Shown here: positions 25,904 through 32,000 of the stretch, in pieces | Numbering within the stretch: the first letter of the stretch is position 1 | Layout of the letters: each line of letters starts with the position of its first letter | Assembly (NCBI RefSeq): GCF_000020025.1 | Contig: NC_010628.1 | Span: 1,230,001-1,262,000, forward strand | Length of the DNA stretch: 32,000 bases | Direction: 5' to 3' | Source of the DNA: Nostoc punctiforme PCC 73102 | Lineage (GTDB): Bacteria; Cyanobacteriota; Cyanobacteriia; Cyanobacteriales; Nostocaceae | Position numbers and translations under genes: made by a program | The notes under the pieces: model-generated | Database searches by the model: none | What the model was told of the DNA's origin: nothing | The model's input: the letters and a program-made list of their open reading frames with translations, nothing else

Positions 25904-28900
25904 ATGTTTGTCAACACCTTTATCAAACGTCCAGTCTTAACTACAGTCTGTACGTTTATCATCTTGCTGCTGGGAAGCATTTGTATTCCCATCCTGCCAA
26001 TTTCTCAGCTACCGGATCTCGCTCCGGTGCAAATCACCGTTAGCTCTAACAATATTGGTGCGGATGCTCAAACAACAGAAAACACTGTCACCAACATTAT
26101 CGAGCGACAAATTAATGGTGTTAAAGATGTATCTTATATATCTTCTAACACGGGTAATGATGGTTCTAGCAATATAACTGTCTCCTTCCCAACTAATGTT
26201 AATAGCGATATTGCTCAAGTAAACGTTCAAAATAAAGAAGCACTTGCTTCACCTCAATTGCCAGATACTGTTCAAAGAACAGGTGTCACCGTTGAAACGG
26301 CATCAAGCAGTCTCCTTCTGGTTTATGGGTTTTACTCAGAAAATAATGAGTATGACAACATTTTTATCAGTAATTATGTCGATCTGTATATTCTCGATCA
26401 GATCAAACGACTTCCTGGTGTAGGAAGTGCCAGGGTTTTTGGGGAACGCAAATATGCCATGCGTCTTTGGCTCGATCCCAACAAGCTTGCCCAACATCAA
26501 CTAACTCCTCAAGATGTGACAACTGCCCTGCAACAACAAAATATTCAGGTGGGTGCAGGGGCGATTGGTAAGGAACCAGCACCAGATAATCAAAGCTTTG
26601 AATTTGCTTTACGGGCAACCAGTCGATTTAAAGATGCGGCTGAATTTGAAGATATGGTGCTGAAGGTGAGTCAAGGTGGCACTAATAGTACTAGCAATAG
26701 CGCTACGAATAGCACCCTAGTTAAAGTCAGAGATGTCGGTCGAGTTGAACTAGGAGCAGAAAACTATCTTGCTGATGCCAAATTTACCATCCCAGGAAAT
26801 GCTCCCAAGGCAGCCGTGGGTTTGGGGATATATCAACTTCCGGGTAGTAATGCCTTAGACGTTGCTCATGCTGTTGAAGAGCGGATCGTAGCGCTGGAGA
26901 AGAGTTTTCCACCTGGACTAAAAGCACAGTTGGCATTTGATACCACGCCATTTGTGGAAATTTCTTTAGAAGAAGTTCTGCACACTTTGGTTGAGGCGAT
27001 TATCCTGGTGGTCTTGGTAATTTTCGTCTTTCTGCAAGATTGGCGTACCACGATCATTCCCACTGTGGCGATTCCCGTTTCGCTGATTGGGACATGCGCG
27101 GCTCTCTTGGTTTTAGGATTTCAGATTAATACACTGACCTTATTTGGTTTCGTTTTAGCGATCGGGATCGTTGTTGATGATGCCATTATTGTAGTGGAGG
27201 CAGTTGCAGTCAAACTGGAGCAGGGCATGAGGCCCTTTGAGGCGGCTGTCGAAGCGATGAAGGAGTTGACTGGGGCAATCATTGCCACTTCACTTGTACT
27301 CATGGCGGTATTCATTCCTGTTGCATTCATTCCAGGCACTACAGGGATTGTCTACAAACAATTTGCGTTAACCGTTGCTTGCTCCATTGCCATTTCCACC
27401 TTCAATGCTTTAACATTCTCTCCAAGTATGGCAGCTATCCTGATGCGCCCTGCTCAGACTGCACGGGGCCCTTTGGGTTGGTTCTTTACGCAATTTAATC
27501 GGGGATTTTCTTGGTTCACACGGCGATATGTTGGGTTTGTTAGCTACCTTACCCATGTCAAGCCGATTGTAGTTGGAGTCTTCATCACTGGTTTAGTAGC
27601 AACGGTTTTAATGTACAGAGCAGTTCCTACTGGGTTTATTCCAGAGGAAGATCAGGGTTATTTCTTTGTAATTGTCCAAGGGCCAGATGGGGTTTCTTTG
27701 AAGTACACCGAATCTGTTATGGATCGGGTTGTCAAAGAAGTAACATCAGCTCCCGAAGTTAGAGCTAGTTTTATGATCAGTGGCTTTGGTTTCGATGGTA
27801 ATGCTTCTAATTTGGGCATTGCCTTTGCTAACCTGAAACCCTGGAAAGAAAGAGCTAAAGAATCTCAATCTGTTTATGGGATACTTCAGAGGCTGAACAA
27901 AAAGCTCTCAGCAATTACAGAAGCTAGAGCGATCGCAGTGAATGCTCCTCCGGTTAGAGGGTTAAGTAGTACAGGTGGTTTTGAGTTTATCATTCAAGAC
28001 CGAACTGGAAGTGCGCCAATTGAAACCCTAGTTGAGACTGCTAAAAAATTTATTGCAGCCGCAAATAAAAAGCCTGTTTTACAACGAGTTTTCACTCAGT
28101 TCACCGCAGACACTCCCCAATTTGACATTCAGGTAAACCGCAACCAAGCCAAAGCTCTCAATGTGGAGATTAACGACATCTTTGGAGCGTTGCAAACTTA
28201 CTTGGGGTCGCAATATGTAAATAACTTTGTCCAAGGACAGCGACAGTATCGAGTATATGTCCAAGCAGATGGGGTTTTCCGCTCTAATCCAGATGATATT
28301 GGCAAACTCTATGTTCGCTCTGCAAACGGGGCGATGATTCCGTTGAGCAGTTTGGTGAAAGTTACTCCCTTTGTGGGTCCAAAAACCATCTCCCATTACA
28401 ACTTGTACCGATCAATCAAAGTCCAGGGCGCTCCTGCTCCCGGTGCTAGTTCAGGAGAGGCGATTAAAGCAATGGAGCAAGTAGCAGCAGAAATGTTACC
28501 TCAAGGATTTGGTTATGAGTGGACAGGGACTTATCTCCAGGAGAAGACATCAGGGGGAGCTACAGGCTTAATTTTTGCTTTAGCGATCGTTATTGTCTTT
28601 CTGGTGTTGGCGGCTCAGTATGAAAGCTATGTTGACCCAATCATTATTTTGCTGACAGTTCCCCTAGCTGTTTTGGGAGCGATGACGGCGATTTGGCTAC
28701 GTTCCAATATTTTTATGGCAGGTAGTCTCTTCCCCAAAGTAGTGGATGATATCTATTGCCAAGTGGGTCTAGTAACTTTGATTGGTCTAGCTGCAAAAAA
28801 CGCGATTTTAGTTGTGGAATTTGCTAATCAGCTGCATGAGCAAGGCATGAGCTACACACGCGCGGCGGTGAAAGCGGGACAAGAGCGTCTGCGACCCATC

Positions 28901-29221
28901 TTAATGACTTCTTTTGCAGCGCTGTTAGGATTTTTGCCCTTGGTGATCTCTCAAGGGGCTGGAGCCAGCAGCCGTTGGTCTTTAGGAACAGCGCTCTTTG
29001 GAGGGTTGCTGCTTTCAACATTCTTGAGTTTGTTCTTGGTGCCAATTTTGTATATCCTAGTCAAGACCCTAGCTCAGGCTATATTTTCTCGGAAGCGATC
29101 GGGTGGCTCAAAACCTCCAGATTATCCTAATAAAGCTTCGGGATCTGAACATGGGGCTTTACCTGCTGGCTTAACTAAGCCAGAGACACAACTTAGGTCT
29201 CAGCAGGACGGGATAACCTGA
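25904..29221 (+). CDS. RND efflux permease (HAE1/AcrB-like), no adjacent adaptor gene
   Basis: 1105 aa. MFVNTFIKRPVLTT N-terminus, TM4 GIVVDDAIIVVEAV, and a 12-TM layout with two large periplasmic loops. Confidence 0.9.
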   Translation: MFVNTFIKRPVLTTVCTFIILLLGSICIPILPISQLPDLAPVQITVSSNNIGADAQTTENTVTNIIERQINGVKDVSYISSNTGNDGSSNITVSFPTNVNSDIAQVNVQNKEALASPQLPDTVQRTGVTVETASSSLLLVYGFYSENNEYDNIFISNYVDLYILDQIKRLPGVGSARVFGERKYAMRLWLDPNKLAQHQLTPQDVTTALQQQNIQVGAGAIGKEPAPDNQSFEFALRATSRFKDAAEFEDMVLKVSQGGTNSTSNSATNSTLVKVRDVGRVELGAENYLADAKFTIPGNAPKAAVGLGIYQLPGSNALDVAHAVEERIVALEKSFPPGLKAQLAFDTTPFVEISLEEVLHTLVEAIILVVLVIFVFLQDWRTTIIPTVAIPVSLIGTCAALLVLGFQINTLTLFGFVLAIGIVVDDAIIVVEAVAVKLEQGMRPFEAAVEAMKELTGAIIATSLVLMAVFIPVAFIPGTTGIVYKQFALTVACSIAISTFNALTFSPSMAAILMRPAQTARGPLGWFFTQFNRGFSWFTRRYVGFVSYLTHVKPIVVGVFITGLVATVLMYRAVPTGFIPEEDQGYFFVIVQGPDGVSLKYTESVMDRVVKEVTSAPEVRASFMISGFGFDGNASNLGIAFANLKPWKERAKESQSVYGILQRLNKKLSAITEARAIAVNAPPVRGLSSTGGFEFIIQDRTGSAPIETLVETAKKFIAAANKKPVLQRVFTQFTADTPQFDIQVNRNQAKALNVEINDIFGALQTYLGSQYVNNFVQGQRQYRVYVQADGVFRSNPDDIGKLYVRSANGAMIPLSSLVKVTPFVGPKTISHYNLYRSIKVQGAPAPGASSGEAIKAMEQVAAEMLPQGFGYEWTGTYLQEKTSGGATGLIFALAIVIVFLVLAAQYESYVDPIIILLTVPLAVLGAMTAIWLRSNIFMAGSLFPKVVDDIYCQVGLVTLIGLAAKNAILVVEFANQLHEQGMSYTRAAVKAGQERLRPILMTSFAALLGFLPLVISQGAGASSRWSLGTALFGGLLLSTFLSLFLVPILYILVKTLAQAIFSRKRSGGSKPPDYPNKASGSEHGALPAGLTKPETQLRSQQDGIT

Positions 29222-29473
29222 TTTTTACCATACTGTTCCTTTTCTCTCAACTCTACCGTGTAAACACAAGGCTTGCTCTAATTCCCTCCTTTTTAAGGAG
29301 GGTTAGAGAGAATCAAGCCTTAACTCAAGCATATTGCACTATGGACAAAGCCTTAAGTAGTGAAAAAGTGATGTTCATAACATCCTCTAACTCTGATACC
29401 ATTTTTTGTAATTTCCTGCTTGCTAAAAAAGTTAGTCGAATAGAAATTAAGTACTGAGATAAGGAAAAGTGAA

Positions 29474-29911
29474 ATGGGACTTAGCGAAGGACTTTTGAAC
29501 CCGACCAAAAAAGCTATGGTCGTAGATGAATGTTGCAACATGATAGAAGTACAGCTTGCATCCAAGTCAGGTATGAGCGGCATCGCTTTGAAAACTGCCT
29601 TCGCTGCTCTCAAAGGAGTCAAGCCAGGGTATATCCACTACGTAGTTGAGCAGATCCTGCCGCAGTGCTTCACCGCACTTGATCCCATCTGGAGTGAAGG
29701 TGTACAGAAAGGCGATCCAATTGCACACCTGAGTGCAAATCGCTCTCATACGGCAGATGCGCTACTGAGTGTCACTGATGCTAGAGCCAAGAATGCCAAG
29801 CGCCAAATCGTGCGAGGAACCTATGAAAAACTTCGCGGTTCAGCCAAAAAGCATGTAGAAGAAGCTATTCCAGACTTAGCCAAAGTAATCGATAATTACA
29901 CTAAGGTTTGA
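29474..29911 (+). CDS. Conserved hypothetical protein (145 aa)
   Basis: The clean ORF MGLSEGLLNPTKKAMVVDECCNMIEVQLASKSGMSGIALKTAF...LLSVTDARA...KHVEEAIPDLAKVI resembles a small soluble family seen in cyanobacteria and actinobacteria. I cannot name the family. Confidence 0.6.
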   Translation: MGLSEGLLNPTKKAMVVDECCNMIEVQLASKSGMSGIALKTAFAALKGVKPGYIHYVVEQILPQCFTALDPIWSEGVQKGDPIAHLSANRSHTADALLSVTDARAKNAKRQIVRGTYEKLRGSAKKHVEEAIPDLAKVIDNYTKV

Positions 29912-30412
29912 GGCAGAAGGCAGATCGCGCAGCGTGTCGCAGACAAGGCAGGAGCAATATTACTTATAAGATTCGACCCCTCCTAAATTGAAGCCACTGA
30001 ACCTCGTAAGAAAGCAAAAAGCTGACACAACATTGGGGATCTCAACCCCAAGACTCTAGCAATTGATAAACGTATGCCGCCGTTCGATGCGCCGATGGCT
30101 GGCATACGGGCAGATATTATACATCTCCGAAATATGAATGTAGAGACGTAGCACTGCTAAGTCTCTACAAGGGTTCTGGATAAAACATATTTGATTTTCT
30201 GGAATGTTTATTATACTTTTAGCACGGAAGTGTCTGGCTAAGGTCTTAAAAATAACATATCTGCTAAACTTCCTGATATTTTCCGAGTTAGCTTGAAACA
30301 GCAAATAATCAGAAACTATAGCAATCCGATAGCGAAGCGGTAGCGAGTCAGACGCTCCTGCGTCGCTAACGCTGCGCTATCGAGCGTCTTTGATTTCTAA
30401 ACTTATTTGTGT

Positions 30413-30497
30413 AGGAGGCAATAGGCAATAGGTAATAGGCAAAAAGGCTCTTTGAGTTGTACTGAATTTTTTCAGAAATCAAATATGAGTCCTATAT
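30413..30497 (+). repeat. Dispersed ~85-bp repeat, copy 2
   Basis: GGCAATAGGCAATAGGTAATAGGC then AAAAAGGCTCTTTGAGTTGTACTGAATTTTTTCAGAAATCAAATATGAGTCCTATA. This is a homologue of 3147..3232 and ends 30 nt before the M23 peptidase ATG. Confidence 0.7.
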
Positions 30498-30527
30498 CTG
30501 AATTATTGTTTTAATAGGCTTGCAATT

Positions 30528-31439
30528 ATGAAAAAACTTACCGTTTTTCGATACCGCACTTATGGACTAATTGGGTTAATATCTTTAACCGCCGTATTAA
30601 GTACAACTACATCTGCCCTAACACAGTTAGCAAGCGATTCCCCAATTGGGCAAACTCCTATCCCTGCTTCTAACTTAATCTGGCCGACTCAAGGGTTTAT
30701 TTCTCAAGGCTTTCGCAAATATCAACATGAAGGAATTGATATTGCAGGGGCATCTGGAACTCCAGTTGTTGCTGCTGCATCGGGTACTGTTGTAAAAGCA
30801 GGTTGGGATAATTGGGGGTTAGGCAATGCCATAACTATTAAGCATCTTGACGGTAGCACTACTGTTTATGGTCATAATCGCCGTTTGCTGGTGAGCAAAA
30901 ATCAACAGGTCATTCAAGGTCAAATTATTGCTGAGATGGGATCTACAGGCAATAGTACAGCACCTCATCTCCATTTTGAAGTTCATCCAAATGGTCGAAT
31001 AGCAGTTGATCCCCTTCGTCTATTGACATCTTTAACTGCAAGTGTTTCCCCTGCTTCTAAAATTCAGCAAGTGGATAATCCGAACCGCCCAGTCTCGACA
31101 ACCTCTGTAGCAAAGCAAGTTTCACCTTCATTGCCTCCAATAGGTTTTGCACCTATAAGCAGTGATACTAAGTGCAATGGAGTTACTATTATTGATGGTG
31201 AGACTGCAAATATTCGTGTAAAGGTGTGTGAAGAAAATGGTCAGTTATTTTATATTGGGCAGTTGAAGCAAGACCCAAGCAAGCCTATAAAAATAGCAGC
31301 TTTGAATATTGGTAAAGGCAGATATCGAGCAGATAATGGTAGTTTTTATTATTTAGTCAGCCCTGAAAGAGTGGAAGTTTGGCGAAATGGCACTCAAATG
31401 CGTTCTGACAAATTTTATACTTTAACAAAATCACCATAA
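30528..31439 (+). CDS. M23 family (LytM-type) metallopeptidase with signal peptide
   Basis: HEGIDIAG (HxxxD) and APHLHFEVH (HxH) zinc ligand motifs, and GSTGNSTAPHLH. The N-terminus is hydrophobic. Confidence 0.88.
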   Translation: MKKLTVFRYRTYGLIGLISLTAVLSTTTSALTQLASDSPIGQTPIPASNLIWPTQGFISQGFRKYQHEGIDIAGASGTPVVAAASGTVVKAGWDNWGLGNAITIKHLDGSTTVYGHNRRLLVSKNQQVIQGQIIAEMGSTGNSTAPHLHFEVHPNGRIAVDPLRLLTSLTASVSPASKIQQVDNPNRPVSTTSVAKQVSPSLPPIGFAPISSDTKCNGVTIIDGETANIRVKVCEENGQLFYIGQLKQDPSKPIKIAALNIGKGRYRADNGSFYYLVSPERVEVWRNGTQMRSDKFYTLTKSP

Positions 31440-32000
31440 AGTTAGGAAGTAAGTTGGCACAATAAAATCAAACTATATAAAGAAAAATGAAGGAGGCTAA
31501 AACCCTTATACCTATTGCCTGTTGCCTATTGCCTTATCTCAACGACAATTATTTACGCCCACTTACTTATTTAATGTTTGACTATGACTTGAGTTGATTA
31601 ATTTGCTCAGTGATTCCATAGCTATCTATATATTGCTGTAGACATTATCACTTGTGATGCGATCGCAGGAGTTAATCTTCATTTGGGCTTGATTTTTGTT
31701 TAAGTCCCGTTAAAAGAGATAAGATAACCAGGGCGTAGGAAGTCACTTATGCAGATGACAGGGATATGTTCAACTTAACCAGATTTACGTTTGATAAGTA
31801 TCAATTGTATTTGGTTACAAGTAATTTCCTCTCGCTTTGTTGCTTTTTTGGCGGTGAAGTTTCGCCAAAAGTATAAAAGTAAAGGGCTTTTCAAGCCTAT
31901 AACAATCATTACTCTTTTGCTGTATGAATGGACACAATTTTTGCTAACTTTTAAATTTTTTCAAGCCTGATATAACACCAACTCGCAATGCTCGTTAAAA

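Noticed and set aside
30056-30304. Track ORF (minus, 82 aa) between the conserved hypothetical and the M23 peptidase.
   Set aside because: It spans palindromic repeat DNA (the GTAGAGACG...GTCTCTAC type), it has no recognisable motifs or ribosome-binding site, and its composition is atypical.

Overview
Nostocales-type cyanobacterial chromosomal DNA: many GCGATCGC (HIP1) octamers, STRR-like short tandem repeats, a XisI gene and a NifH-family gene. All identifications come from reading the translations and the DNA; no database search was run.

Gene content, left to right:
- The 5' part of a nifH-family gene (minus strand, runs off the left edge), preceded by about 1.3 kb with no convincing ORF.
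- An rsgA GTPase gene broken by one in-frame TAA.
- Small hypothetical ORFs, a DUF72 protein and a secreted DUF4360-like protein.
- A J-domain/pentapeptide protein plus a Zn-ribbon membrane protein.
- A type I-beta DAHP synthase (aroF).
- An RND efflux pair (adaptor plus pump) whose coding sequences carry in-frame copies of dispersed repeats.
- A 7 x 42-bp tandem array.
- A membrane desaturase and a hydroxylase-SDR fusion.
- A small AT-rich, HIP1-free accessory patch: an orphan Phd-like antitoxin, an orphan XisI, a DNA methyltransferase, and a putative restriction endonuclease interrupted by an in-frame TAA.
- ahcY, an MscS-family channel, a second RND pump with no adjacent adaptor, a conserved hypothetical and an M23 peptidase.

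No rRNA, tRNA or CRISPR array was recognised.

The most novel-looking item is upstream of aroF. I read two tandem ribosome-dependent attenuators there: two Phe/Tyr/Trp-rich leader peptides, each followed by an intrinsic terminator.
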